In this document: in pieces, positions 11,599 to 24,786 of the stretch | Numbering within the stretch: the stretch's first letter is position 1 | Layout: each line of letters opens with the position of its first letter | Assembly: GCF_018350175.1 (NCBI RefSeq) | Contig: NC_058368.1 | Span: 195,364,001 to 195,428,000 of the forward strand | Source: Felis catus | Taxonomy: Eukaryota | Direction: 5' to 3' | Length of the DNA: 64,000 nt | Translations under genes and position numbers: made by a program | Notes under the pieces: model-generated | Told to the model about the DNA's origin: nothing | The model's database searches: none | What the model saw: only the letters and a program-made list of their open reading frames with translations

Positions 11599-13238
11599 GG
11601 AGAGCCTTCAAGCCTCCTTGCAAACAAGGCTTGCTTTGCTTTAGTTCCACTGCCATGGTTTGCCCTGTTTCCTGCCACCTTTCTTTACGCACATCCCAGA
11701 ACAAGGCCTCTCAGTCATGCCCCATCAGCCAAGAGCTTATTCAGTTTCTGTCTCTGCAGTTTCTATCACAAAAGCAGTGTCCACTTTTCACCTTACACAC
11801 ACAATTTAAAAAATACTATTATATATGCTTTGCCCCAGCTCTACCATACCCTTAATGCAGAATGGCTTTAGCCAGTTTATTTAAGAGCTGTTTGGCAGAG
11901 ATGGACGATACTCACAACACTGGGCTCAACACTGGAATGAAGAAACCTGCTAAATCCACTGGGACATAGTGTAGGGCACAATGCAATGGGAATCATTTGG
12001 AGGCAGAAGGGCTGGGTTTGAGATCTAGCTTTGTTTCTTGGGTGTTGTGGTTCACTGGGCAATTCCCTCAATTTCTATGAGCCCCGGTTTTCTTGTAGAA
12101 AAACTGTCGTAAGACATTCAGTTGAGTCTACCTCATAGGATAGCTTTGAGGATTAAGTAAAAAATCTATATGATATTCATTTGTAAATTGTAAAGGACCT
12201 TATGGTGTGTTTTATTTATGTTAACTTGTGCCAGAATTTGGTCTGAAGGGTGGTGTGGTAGCCGAAGTTTTACCAAGAATATCTCCATTTTCAGCAGAAA
12301 TGAAGGTATATTTGAAATCTAAAAAAAAATAAATATATTATACATATATGATTTTAAAACTCACTTTTAAGTGCTTATATATACAATGTTTATAAATTAG
12401 TGTACATAATGTTTACAAATGCATAGAAAAGGTCTGGACGTGAGCACACCACACTGTGAAAAGTAGCCACTTTTGAGGAAAGAAGGAAGAGAATGAAATT
12501 GGAATGAGGCAGGGGAGGATATAAATAGGGATGTTCCTTTTTTCTGTATATACTTCTAGACCCTTTGACCTTTTTATAATAGGCATTCATCACCGCTGTA
12601 TTTTTTTAATTAAATGGCAAAGAAGTCACATTCCTTGTTATATTTCCCTGAAATTCTGATGAGCCCGGAGGAGCATGAGTCCCTACACTCCTGGTAAAAA
12701 TCGTTGCACCAAGGCGCAGCGTGCATGATTATCTTCATGGCTACCGCAAAGACCAGCAAGTTATGCGGTCTCAGGGAAGCAGCAGCGTAAAAGAGGAAAA
12801 TCACTGTGGTGGGAGCCAGGAGACCAGAGGTCAGCTCGCTGTGTGACTTTGGACAAGTGCCCTGCCCCCTCTGGGCCTGAGTGTCTGTCACCATGCGTTC
12901 AGTGAGTACATGCGACTTGTTCATCTGCCTAGCAGACGGCTCCAGGAGGACGGGGCCCTGCCTCTCTTATTCAATAATATGTACCCTAGTGCCTTGCACA
13001 GCTGCAAACACTCAGTAGGCACTCACTAAATGTTTAGTGAGTTGTAGATGATTTTGGAGACCCTTCAGGGAAGTGAGGAGGCAGAGTGGGCACCAGTGGG
13101 CATTAGCACCTAGCATTTCTGCCATACATCTACCTTTCACCTTTCCATGCAGCCTTGTGCTAACGGCCTGCCTTGCTTTCATCCCACGATATGCTGCTAA
13201 ACCCAACAAAGACCCATTTCCTGTGCCCTCTCCCTTAG

Positions 13239-13332
13239 ACTTAATGGGCCCTTTATGAACCATGGGGATATGATGACGCAGCCCTGGTGGCCAGCCCCTA
13301 TACCTGGCTCTGGGACCATGCCCCCTGGAGGG
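13239..13332 (+). pseudogene. SLC36 pseudo-exon 4
   Basis: TAG acceptor, then LNGPFMNHGDMMT / 1-nt deletion / ALVASPYTWLWDHAPW; about 70% nt identity to 56730-56825 by hand alignment. 94 vs 96 nt; donor gtacc reads ctacc. Confidence 0.9.
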
Positions 13333-13471
13333 CTACCTTGTCCTCTCCTTGCCTGGAACAGAGTAGGATGGTGAGTCCCACTGAGGTCTCAGACAGCCTC
13401 TAGTCCAATGTTGATATCTGTCCCTCAGAAACACATACCTAATTAATATCAACACTTCTGAGTGTCCTAAA

Positions 13472-13658
13472 GTAGTTCTCAAAGTTGGTCTCCAGTCCAG
13501 GTGCATCAGTGTCACCTGGGAACTTGTTAGAAATGCAAATTTTGGGGTCCCATCCCAGAGCAAGTGAATCAGAAACTCTGGGGATGGGCCCCAGCAATCT
13601 GTCTTTTAACAAGATATCCGGATGATTCTGATGCGTATGAAAGTTTGAGAAACAACCA
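13472..13658. mobile_element. MER5A-like hAT-Charlie MITE
   Basis: tagttctcaaagt...atcagtgtcacctgggaacttgttagaaatgcaaatt...aaagtttgagaaac with imperfect terminal inverted repeats. Confidence 0.85.
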
Positions 13659-15670
13659 TACACTGTTGACTATAGAAGTGGCCTCTAGGAGCAAACAAAT
13701 ATATATATATATAAAATTGACATTTCCTGTGCTTAACGGGAGGGTTTTCTTTAATCCTGAAAGGAAGACAGCAACGGAACAATAACCAAGACTCAAGCCT
13801 TGCATATGGGTCAAGATGGACTCTCACAGGGTCAGAGCCAGGAGTTTCTAGAACCCAGCCCCCTAAAAGTGCAGATGGGGAAAGTGAACCTTCAAAACAG
13901 GGAACAACTTGCCCAAAGTCACACAGTGAATCATAACAGGCCAAAAACCACAACTCTGGGTAAACATGTGGTCTAAATGCACTTAGCTCCTAGTTCTCCT
14001 GGGAAAGAACAACTGTTAGTTACTCTGAGTGTGGATTAGCTGATTCTGGGTGGCTAGAGTCTGGAGTCACCTCTCCCTGCAGTCAGGGGACATTCTGACA
14101 GCAGAGCTGTGGGGTGTGTGTGTGTGTGTGTGTTTTGGTTTTTGGTTTTTTTGTGTCAGCTCTTCTTCCTCTCTGTCCCCCCACTGCCCACTATTCCGTA
14201 GTCATTGGAATTCAAAAGATTAAATAATGAGGCTACTGGATACTGCTTTCACAGTGTGAAATAAATCACTCTTAATTGAATGGGTGTCATGCTGGGGTTG
14301 AACCTTTACCGGCAATCATTAATAAATACCTTTTGAGATCACATTTTGCTATAAGTGTGATTTGGGGTACTCTGTGAACATATCTATTTAACCCTATTGG
14401 ATCTGCTAATTGTGGACCTGTCTAAACAGAAAGAGCCTAGGTCCAAGGCAAGCTGGGACCAGGGGGTAGGAAATGGGCAGTAGAGACCCTCCAGTTCCAG
14501 TGGTTGAAGTGGCCAGGGCCAAGAAACCAGAAGGTGATATAAGCAAAAAGGGGTCAAGCTGAGGAGGCCCTGGGCCAGTCTGAGATGGCTCATGACCCTG
14601 AACATCAGGGAATGCCAGCCAGTATGCAATGACTCAAAGCCACATGGACTGTGTGTACTTTCTAGAAGAGGAATCCATTCACCGAGAAACCAAGGATCCA
14701 TTCGCTCATTAATTCATTCACCCACTCACTGAACAAGTATCCACTGAGTACTCACTCTAGACCAGCCCCCATGCTAGGTGCTAGGGAGACAGGAGTAAAT
14801 ATAACAGGCATGACTCCTGCCTTGATGGAGTTTTATTACCTAGCAGTAGAGATGGAAAGTACATAAGGAAAATTATGAATTAATAAGAGCTATAGGGGGT
14901 TGGGGAAAACCTGTCTAAAGAGGTGAGGTTTAAACCAAGATCTGGAGCACAAGTAAGAGCAACCACTTGAAGAGGCAAAGGAGAACTTCCTTAGGAAATG
15001 GTATCGCCAGTGGCCATGAAGTGGGAAGAACTCAGAGCCCTTCAGAAGCTGGCGAAGCATTCTGAGGAGGAAGAGACTGTAGAAGGAAAAAGTGGAAAGG
15101 CAGGCAAGAGCCAATCATGCATCAGAATGTTAATTCAAGAGCAGAGAAAAGTCCCCTCTTGAAGCAGAGGAAGGGCATGATATAATCAATGAGTTTTTAA
15201 AAGACCACTAGAGCTGCTGTGTGGAGCATAGATTGGAAGGACAAGAGTGGAAACAGATTCATTCCACGGGGGAAAGGATGGCCAATTCCAAGCAAGTGTT
15301 CAGTGTCCAAGTCAAGCCAGTTGGAATTTGCAGGAGGACAGAGCCTTCCTTCTCCAAGCAGATGAGATTGGGCAGCAGGCAATGGGATAGGGAGGCCAAG
15401 GCAGGTCTTGACTCCATAACTACCTGGACACAAAGTTTCTGCCTAAAAACATACCTGGACATGGGGGTAATGAGCCTTCCAGGGTCATTCCTGTGCCTTC
15501 TGGAGCTGGAGGAGGTCTGAGGCTGCTGCAGGCCTTCATAGCTGTGGCTGTAGGTGGCAATGGCATCCAAGTAGGAGAGGTGAGGCAGGGGCTGATAACA
15601 CAACACACGAGGTGGCCCCATATTCTCTCTGCCTTCCTCCTTTTTATAATAATCTCCTCCGAACACCCGG

Positions 15671-15752
15671 GTACATCGTGTTCTTCTTCCTGGTTGTGGA
15701 TCACCTGGGCTTCTATGCGTTCCTTATGTTTCTGGCAGATAACTGTAAGCAG
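15671..15752 (+). pseudogene. SLC36 pseudo-exon 5
   Basis: YIVFFFLVVDHLGFYAFLMFLADNCKQ vs SLC36A2 [28 protein letters not shown]. 82 vs 85 nt; acceptor reads cgg; donor reads gcagag vs gtagag. Confidence 0.9.
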
Positions 15753-16257
15753 GCAGAGCCCTGGAGCAGAAACACAGATGGCCAGAGATAGCCCAGCTTG
15801 AGCTTTGAGCAGCTTTCTCCAAATCAACCAAGTTAGTGAAAACTTAAATGATTCAGCCTTTGCTTTGGGACTTCCAGGTCCCTACCTCACAGCAGCAACA
15901 GAAAAAAACAAGCACACCTTTCCACTTGAAAATAATCAAGGTCTTTCTGTTGGAGAAGATATTATTCTAAACACCTTCATCTGGCTTACAAGACTCTGGG
16001 TGACCTGGCACCCACCTACCCTCCAGCTTGATCTTCCAATTCTCTTCTGTAAGTGTCCCATGTCCCAACACAGCTGTGCTATCTACTGTTCCCAAATATA
16101 TCCTGTCTTTTCCTACCACTGAGCCTCTACTTATGCTATTCTTCCCATGTGCAATGTCCTTCCTCCTCCAGTTATCTCCAAGTACTTAAATCGTGCCCAT
16201 CCCCCTCTGGGTATCATTCCTGATCCACACAGAATTGCTATCTCAACCTTTTTGGTT

Positions 16258-16303
16258 GATAGATAGATCGATAGATCGATAGATCGATAGATAGATAGAT
16301 AGA
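16258..16303. repeat. (GATA/GATC)n tetranucleotide microsatellite
   Basis: gatagatagatcgatagatcg...gatagat. Confidence 0.9.
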
Positions 16304-16592
16304 TGTAGCTTCCCTTGAATATAGTTATGTGTCCACATCCCTTCCTTCTAACTAGGCTGTGAGCTCACTGAGATTAGAATATTTCCTCTGGAATTATTAA
16401 AGCAACTGCTCATAGATATTTGTTAGTTCTTCAAACCCGAGTGCTGAAACAAACACAAGTGGTATAGGTCATCAAAAGGCTACAAGGTATGATGTACATT
16501 TAGGACTCACTGTTGTAAATACAAATGTCTGCATGTGTCTATATACAAAGTAAAAATATATATAGTATCTACTCTAAATTGTAACAACAGTT

Positions 16593-17706
16593 GGGGGCGC
16601 CTGGGTGACTCAGTCAGTTAAGCTTCCAACTCTTGATTCCGGCTCAGGCAGTGATCTCATAGTTCATGAGATTGAGCCCCACATCCAGCTCTGCGCTGAC
16701 AGCATGGAGTCTCTTTGGGTTCTCTCTCTCCCTCTCTCTCTCCCTCTGGCCCCCACCCCCCAACACATGAGCTCTTGCACTCTCTCTCTCAAAAGAAATA
16801 AACATTAAAAATAAAACAGTAACAGTGTCTACCTCTCTGAGATGAACTTACAGGTGTATCTTTTATCTTCATTTTTAAATCATTAGGGTTGATTTTATCC
16901 CATCAGAGCACAAAACCATCACAGCTCTTTCTTAAACGAAATCAAACAATAATATAAACATTATTGAATTAAAGATCCCTATAAATCTCTCCCCTATGAA
17001 AATATACCACTAAAAGTTATATGAATCATTTTTCACATTTTTTCATGAATATTCAAATATCCTATGTACTAATAATTCTTTTCAAACTATGATATTGATC
17101 TGTTAGTTACTTTTTTTCTTGTATAATGATAGATCATAAGTTCATCACAGATGATTTATTTACCAAGTCCTTATTAACAGACATTTGGACTATTTCTCTT
17201 TTATTTTATGTTATAGCTGCTATAAGCAAGGTTGAGAGAATCTCCAAAGATAATTCTGCTTTGTTTTCTAAATTTTTAACCATAAATATTTTCTATCATC
17301 ATAAAATGAAACCTTTATGGGGCACTTGGGTGGCTCAGTTGGTTAAGCGTCTGACTTCAGCTCAGGTCATGATCTCCCAGCTCTTGAGTTTGAGCCCCGC
17401 ATCCAGCTCTGTGCTGACTGCTCCGAGCCTGGAGCTTGCTTTGGATTCTGTGTCTCCCTCTCTCTCTGCCCCTCCCCTGCTCACTCTGTCTCTCTCTCTC
17501 TTAAAAATAAATAAACATTAAAATAAATAAATAATAAAATGAAACTTTTATTTAAAAAAGGGAATTATCTGGGGGCACCTGGGTGGCTTAGTCGGTTAAG
17601 CCTCCGCCTTCAGCTCAGGTGATGATCTCAGTCTGTGGGTTTGAGTCCTGCCATCTGGCTCTGCGCTGCCAGCTCAGAGCCTGGAACCTGCTTCGAATTC
17701 CCTCTC

Positions 17707-17764
<58 letters not shown>

Positions 17765-17818
17765 CCTCCCCTGCTCATGCTCTGTCTCTCAAAAATAAAA
17801 ATTAAAAAAATATTTTTA
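16593..17818 (+). mobile_element. Three CAN-SINEs (16593-16815, 17319-17535, 17571-17818)
   Basis: Each has the tRNA-derived head, a CT tract and an A-rich tail; the third has a long (CT)n at about 17718-17762. Confidence 0.9.
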
Positions 17819-18203
17819 AAAATGAAGTATCTGGGTCATCTCTCTGTTCAGAATTTCATTAAAAAGCTCTCTTTCAATTCAGCAAATAGGTGTTGACTAT
17901 CAACCCGGTGCTGGTCACTTTGCTGGCAATACAGTAGTGAGCAAACTGGATACGTACACTCCGGTGGGGACGATAAACATTTAACCATAATCAAGCTAGT
18001 GTAAAGTCACAGTCTGTGATGAACCCTATTGAGGAAATGGGCTAGGTGCTCTGATCCAGTTTAGCGGCGTGATCTGGTTTGCGGGGCATTGTACCTGCAG
18101 GCTGACTAGTCACTAAGAGAAGGTCGGGAGCGCGGGAAACTGTTCCACAAAGGAAACCTCCAGGGGCTTGGTGCTTCTGAGGGCTGAAAATCTGCAGCAA
18201 AGG

Positions 18204-18297
18204 CTGGAGGGCATGGAGGCGGGGCCTGGAGGGCATGGAGGCGGGGCCTGGAGGGCATGGAGGCGGGGTCTGGAGGGCATGGGGCGGGGCCTGGAGG
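18204..18297 (+). repeat. G-rich 22-bp minisatellite, about 4.3 copies
   Basis: Unit ctggagggcatggaggcggggc starting at 18204, 18226, 18248 and 18270 (21 nt), with a partial copy at 18291. Confidence 0.93.
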
Positions 18298-18336
18298 TCG
18301 TAGCGGAGGCCGGTTGTCTTCCTTCCTTATACGCAG

Positions 18337-18546
18337 GTTATCAGACAGTCTACGGGACCACCGGCGATTGTGGGGCAGAAGGCTCATTCCTGCCACGCCC
18401 ACCCTGGGCATCCGCATCTGCGCAGTACTCCTCTTCCCGGCGCCGCTGGTGTTCATCCAGAACCTTCCAGGCCTGTGGACTTGCTCCGTGCTCACCAACG
18501 TTCTCATGCTGGAATCCTGGCCCTCATCTTCCAGCACCTCTTCCAG
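18337..18546 (+). pseudogene. SLC36 pseudo-exon 6
   Basis: cgcag acceptor. Homologous peptides are spread over different frames: TVYGTTGDC / TPTLGIRICAVLLFPAPLVFIQNLPGLWTCSVLTNVLMLES / LALIFQHLFQ (family pattern TPT.D.R.YML...LVFI.NL...S.L.N..ML). Donor reads gc. Confidence 0.85.
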
Positions 18547-20017
18547 GCAGGTTCCTCACCCCAGGCCACCCTCTTGATGGATGTGTGTGCGTGTGTGTGT
18601 GCACGCGTGATCACACACATGCACGTGCACACACACAGGTGCGTGTGAAACAAAAGTAGGGAAACGCACCCTCCAGACTGTTCATCATTTCTCCTGCAGA
18701 AGGAAATTTCGGTTTGGGATGTGGTTTTGACATATATACAGGATCCTCACTTAGAACATTTCTTCCACTGCTTTTTTTAATAGAATGTCTATTTTTTTTA
18801 ACGCCCAAACTACACAGAATGAACGCATCTGTGCCACTCCAACTTTTCTGTACTCTGTTTATGTAAGTAACATTTACATTTATGCCCCCAAAACTCAATA
18901 TAACAGGTTTGGCAAAACAAAACAATCTGTGAGAAATGTCTTGAGCCGTTTCTTACATTTTTCTGCTGCAGACACAACCAAATGTTAGAATCCCACACAG
19001 CTTGGAAAGCAGAACAACTAAATGTCCACAAAGAGGATGTGGAAGATGTCACTGTAGATAAAGCAACTTCTTGTAAGTGCCACATTAATTTGTGCTGAGT
19101 GTCACATGGTAAGCATTTATAGCAAACATCAGAGTTTATTGCTTACATGTAGACATTTTATTGAGTTTTACTTACGTTTCAAAAATTGGTTACGCGTTTG
19201 GGGTTGATGTGTCATGTGACATATGTTTCCCATTTAAAATAATAGGAACTTGATTATCAGCATGCTTACACGGATCATAAAATTTTAGCAGCAGATTACT
19301 GATACTAAGAAGGATTTTTCCCCCCCCAACAAGTAGGTATTTTGTTAACAGGGACAAACTAATAAGGACTCTTATTCAACTCAACTAAAAGTAACTGGTG
19401 GGGGGGAAAGGAGAGTGTATGAGAAAGATCCAGGGCCCTTTTGTGGAACAGCCAGGCCCCAAGAAGGATCCCGAGGCAGTCAGACTTTGCGAGCAGCACA
19501 AACCCAGAAGTCCCGCCACATCAGTGCTTCTGGTGCCTCTGCTCAGGTTGACTCTATGTCTTGGCTTTATTTCTCTCAATGTGAACCAGCTCTGTTCTCC
19601 GCTCGTGAGTTTTAGATTTTACCACTTTAGGCACCAGAAGGAAACAAATCTGAGTTCTAGCTGGTCCCAAAAAATCCAGAGAAGGAATTCATCGGTTCAG
19701 CTTGGGTCAGGTACCACCCTTGAACCAATTAACTGTAGTGAGGGGCATGATCCATCCCTGGTCTTCAACTTGGCTCTCTCGCAAGGCACAAAACCTTCCC
19801 CCAGACATCACCGTGTGGGCTCAATCAAGGAAAGGGCTGAAATGTGGATTTGAGTCCTAGCTTTACACAGGCCATATGACCCTGAGTAAGTCACACATTA
19901 GAATCGAGATAGCAATTCTTACCTTGTTAGGCTATTGTGGTGTAAAAGTGCTTGGTGCAAACCCAGGGGTTCTTAGGCAGCAGAGCAAGTGTGGTGGAGA
20001 CAGGTAGAGACTCTAGA

Positions 20018-20200
20018 GCAGCCTTTCTTAACCAGGGACGATTTGCCCCCGGGGGACTTTTGGCAATTCATGGAGACATTTTTGGTTGTCACAACTAGGA
20101 GAGTTCTGTATACCAGCAGCTAGTAGGTAGAAGCCAGGGATGCTGTTAACCATCCTGCAGTGCTCAGGACAGCCTGGATGTCAGGAGCACTGAGATCCTT
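20018..20200. mobile_element. MER20-like hAT element
   Basis: ggcaattcatggagacatttttggttgtcacaact...gaagccagggatgctgttaaccatcctgcagtgctcaggacagcc. Confidence 0.8.
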
Positions 20201-20439
20201 GCTCTAGAGCCAAGTGACCTGAATTCTATTTATAGCCCCCCTTCCATTTCAAACTTTGGCAAGATACTTCACTTTTTGTGCCTCGTTTTTTCCATCTGGG
20301 AAATGGGACTGATACTAGTACCCATCTCCAAAGGCTGTCCTGAAAGTCAGATAGATTAATAGATGCGAAGAGCTTGGACCCCTGTCTGGAACTTGGTTAA
20401 ATACCAGTAAATGGAAGCTCACACCTCCCCCAAACCTGG

Positions 20440-20538
20440 CTAAGCAGCAGAACCCCTTGAGATCTTGTTTCGTAACAGATTCCCAGGCCCTGCTTTAGTT
20501 GTACTGGATCAGAATCTTTGGAATTTGGAATCCAGGAA

Positions 20539-20583
<45 letters not shown>

Positions 20584-20855
20584 TTTAATTCCCCAACTGA
20601 TTCTGATGATGGGCCAAGCACTGGGGTGATGACTCTGAAGCATTGCTGTACCGGGCATGGTCTTGGGACCAGAGACATCAGCGGCACCTCAGCAAGACCA
20701 CTCAAACCCCAACGTGCGTACAAACCACTTGGGGACCTTGTTACAATGCAGGTTCTGATCCAGGAGATCTGAGTGGGGCCTGAGAGTCTGCATCCCTGAC
20801 AAGCTCTCAGGTGAGGCCAATGCTGCCAGTCCTCTGACCACACTTTGAGTCACCA
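20440..20855. mobile_element. MER5-like fragments with an embedded (TG)n at about 20521-20581
   Basis: cagattcccaggccc...atcagaatct, tttaattccccaactgattctgatg, and ctgacaagctctcaggtga...gaccacactttgagt. Confidence 0.7.
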
Positions 20856-21753
20856 AGCTTTAAGCGCTTTGTGTACGTGCGTGCGTGTTGTGATGCCCCA
20901 GCCCTAGAGTAGGCTCAAAGCCTGTTGAATTCCAATCAGGACTGAGCTGAAATAGCTCTCACTATTGGCTATTTTGAATAGCCGAACGCAAGGTAAGGAC
21001 AAGATACTGCACGTGAACTCTAGATGGCCTCTGTCTTCGGAGGGCCCCACCCCCACCCCGGGCCTGAGCCACAGTGGAAGCCCCCACCCACCTCTTCAGG
21101 TCATTCTGGCTGGAAAGGCTCTCTCTGTTCCCAGAAGGAATAAAGAAGCTGCAGAGGCTCCTGGAGACCAGTTTGGTATAAATAACCTAGAGATCACCTT
21201 GTTTACAAGTGGATTTTTAAGGTGTTCCTTTATCATGGCTGGTGTCTCGTGAAGGACGTTGTTCCTAAGCTGTCAGGCCTCACCAGACTCCAGGATCCTG
21301 TGTTCTTACAGAGTCAGAGATAGGACAGGACCTGGAGTTCATTTAACTCAGTGGCTTTTCAAAGTGTTTTTCCATACCTCTGGTGACGTGGGGTATGAGT
21401 TTGGGGGCAGATGTTTAGGAAGTACTTCCTGTTTTCTTAGTTATGTATCCGTATTAATATGTTCTCTCCTACTCCTGGCAATTCAGAATTCCATTGCCAT
21501 ACTTCTTTTTAAAACCGATTTTGCTTTAAAACATTGACTTGAGAAACATAAATAGGTGGAACACACATATGGTAAATGGCGGAAGTTTCAGACATGCTGT
21601 TTTAGCTCAACGTCCTTGCTTTCTGGAAGGAGACACTGAAACTAAAGAGGCCCTGAGCCTGGATTTTTCTTATCCTTAAAATGAAGATAACACTCCCTGC
21701 CCTGTAGGGTCATAGTGAGGGCTAAACCAGGCATTTAAAGAATTTAGCACACA

Positions 21754-21990
21754 GGGCGCCTGGGTGGCTCAGTCGGTTAAGCGGCTGACGTCACTCAGGT
21801 CATGATCTCGCGGTAGGTCATGATCTCGCGGTTTGTGAGTTCGAGCCCCGCGACGGGCTCTGTGCTGACAGCTCAGGGTCTGTGTCTCCCTTTCTCTCTC
21901 TCTCTCTGCCCCTCCCCACCTCGTGCTCTGTCTCTCCCTCTCTCTCAGAGATAAATAAACATTAAGGCAAAAAAAGAAAAAAAAGAAAGA
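21754..21990 (+). mobile_element. CAN-SINE with an internal 18-bp tandem duplication
   Basis: aggtcatgatctcgcggt twice at 21797-21832; flanking repeat aaagaatttagca. Confidence 0.9.
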
Positions 21991-22569
21991 ATTTAGCATG
22001 GTGGCTGGCCCATCCTGAGGACCTAACAAATATTAGCTGCTCACATCTGTATCAGACAGGAACCATTTTAGTAGGATCGCTGTCAGGCTTGCAGAGCCTC
22101 GAGCTCCCCATCTGTAAAATCAAGGCATCAGATCAGAGGGCTTGGCATCTGTGCTGTTTAGACACCCTCGTTCTCTCACTGACCCCAGGTTATTGGCTCC
22201 AAAGAATGAGGAGGAAGGCAGAGGGCAGAAGGCTGAGGGCAGAAGGCCAACTTCAACCCCCACCCCACCCAATTCCCCAGCACACTCACTTTACACATGG
22301 AGAAACTGAGGTCCAGACACTTGCCCTAGAACTCCGCCCCTGCCGCTCTCAGTTCTGTCCTGAGTGTCCTCCTGCCTCTGTCCTCTTAAAGAAACAAAGT
22401 CCATCCCCCACAGGTGCAGGTCGGCAGAAAGTTGGACATATTGTAGGACTCTGCTGGCTGGCCGGCTCTCTGTATGCTGGATTTCCACTGTGTTTTCTCA
22501 AGGTCAGTTTCATCATAACCGTTATCATCACCCTCCCCCACTCCCGCCCCTCCTGAATTTCTCTTTCAG

Positions 22570-22656
22570 GAAATCCCAGACCCCTAGTGGCAAACGGGAA
22601 GACCTACCCTTTGATTCTTCAGGACAGCCATCTTTGCTTTTGAAGGTATTGGGGTG
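22570..22656 (+). pseudogene. SLC36 pseudo-exon 7
   Basis: tttcag acceptor, EIPDP, then in-frame TAG at 22585-22587 created by a deletion. The rest reads VANGKTYPL / FFRTAIFAFEGIGV with a further 1-nt insertion. Donor reads ggaagg. Confidence 0.92.
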
Positions 22657-23786
22657 GGAAGGTTTGAGATGGGGCAAGGATCCCCACCCCTGATGAGAGC
22701 GAGGAAGCGAGATAGTCTAGGTGAAGGGCATTGGCTATGGAGCCGACAGACATCGGTTTGAGACCGGCTTCATGTTTTCAACCTGTGTGATCCTCGACAA
22801 GCTATTTAACACTTCTGTGAACCTCAGTTTCCTCATCTGTAAAATGGGTTTATAATGCCTACAAGCAAGATGCTGTAAGGACTCAATGAGATAATGTAGG
22901 TAAAATAGCATGTTGCTGGCACAAAGTTAGTAGCTGTCATTATTATAGCTTCACCAACCCTTCACCTAGTGTGGGTAAGAATACCAACATGCTAGAGAAA
23001 AATAACCGACAGAAAGCTGTGGATGTTGGGCAGATCTTTTCAATGAGCCTTACTTTACCCATCTGTAAAATAGGAGAACTGAAAACTTCTTTATGACAAT
23101 CCCTGCCAAGCAGACAACCTGCTTAAACACTTAAACGTGTCTTCATATTAAAAATTTACCATTTACATTGCTCTGCCCTTAATCAGCACTTTTGGGTGCT
23201 AGAGATATTTTAATGCAACAAGAGAAAAATTACTTAAAAAGCCAGCACAAAATGGAATTTAGCAACGCTTTTCAAATATTGTTTTACCCTCTGAACCCTT
23301 TGAATGAAATCACAAGAGGAACACAATATTTAATACAAACCAGTTACCTTCACATACCTCAGGAAAAAATACACACACACACACACACACACACACATAT
23401 CTATGTGTGGGAACGTGTATATCCTGCACTCACACATAGAGAGGAGATGGTGACATAGCAAATGTGCTAACCTTTGGGGGATCTGGTGAAGGATATATGG
23501 GAAGGGTATAAGGGTATATTTTTGCAACTTTTCCATAAGTCTGGAATACTTCCAAATAAATAAAGAGATCAGAATTTGATCCACAGCTTGAAGTGATGCT
23601 CACATCCATACACAGATAATGAAACCAGGGACTGGAAGCAATGAGGCTTGTCTAAGTGCATATCGCTGTTAAATTCCAAAGCCAAGGCTTAAGCCCTCAC
23701 CTTCCAGCTTCCAGATCAATGCACTTGTCCTCTCAGATGCTGCTTCCAACCGTCCTCTTCTCTTTTCAGTTTCCCTGCTAGTTCTC

Positions 23787-23997
23787 CTTTTTTTTTTTTT
23801 TTTCAATGTTTATATGAGAGAAAGTCAGAATGCGAGCAGGGGAGGAAGAGAGAGAGAGGGAGACACAGAATCCAAAGCAAGCTCCAGGCTCCAAGCTGTC
23901 AGCACAGAGCCCAACACGGGACTCGAACTCACAAACCGTGAGATCATGACCTGAGCCAAAATTGGACACTTAACCGACTGAGCCACCCAGGCACCCC
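23787..23997 (-). mobile_element. CAN-SINE
   Basis: Poly-T followed by the reverse-complement SINE body ending gcacccc. Confidence 0.9.
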
Positions 23998-24786
23998 TTG
24001 TTTGACAGTGCTGTTACTGGGTTCCCCTGCCACTGACTTCTCCACTGTCCCCTCCCTACATACACACACATACACACACACACACACACACAGGGCATCC
24101 TGAGCTGTTATTCAGAGCTGATGCCCCCATGTTACCACGAGATATAGAATCACAGATGACAGACAGATGGAGCTGGAATAAATCATGAATGTGTACAGAT
24201 TTTTCTAGACACTCACACCATGAATAAGGAAACAGATTTCTCCAGTACAATCTATATTCTTTTCCATCCTTCAGTCAGGATCCATTGCATATTCTGATGT
24301 ATAAGATAGTCTCCCCTGTAAACTCGAAGCAAAAGGAATCCAAAATTATACTGCAGGCTACAAACCTGTTAGTGCTGGGAGGTCCCCTTCCAGACCTGAA
24401 ATTAGGGATGGTGCTCCCCCTGGTGGGCTGCATGCAGAAGCACAACTCCTACAAAGACCCCAGCTTGTACATTCTGAGGTTTTCTGTAAGGGAAATCATC
24501 ATCATCCATGGGCCACAAAGCTGCTCAGGGGTAGAGCCTTTCCTGAGCATGGAAGAGGATACTCAAGTATAGATTGCTGGGCTAGAATACCTTTAAGGTC
24601 TTTTCAGTAATTGGTCCTGTTATAATTCAGTAGTTCCTTGTACCTAGTGGGGCCATGTCTTTGGAGTTTTTCTCTCTCGAGCTTTATGATGGCTGAGATG
24701 AAGGAATTTAGAAAAATACACAGTGAGTGAATGGGGTCTTTACATAAACGGGGGCCACTGTATAATTATGGCTCCTCTGTTTACAG

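Noticed and set aside
18204..18297. Short direct repeats as a CRISPR-like array
   Set aside because: Units are contiguous with no unique spacers and the context is a mammalian genome; this is a minisatellite.
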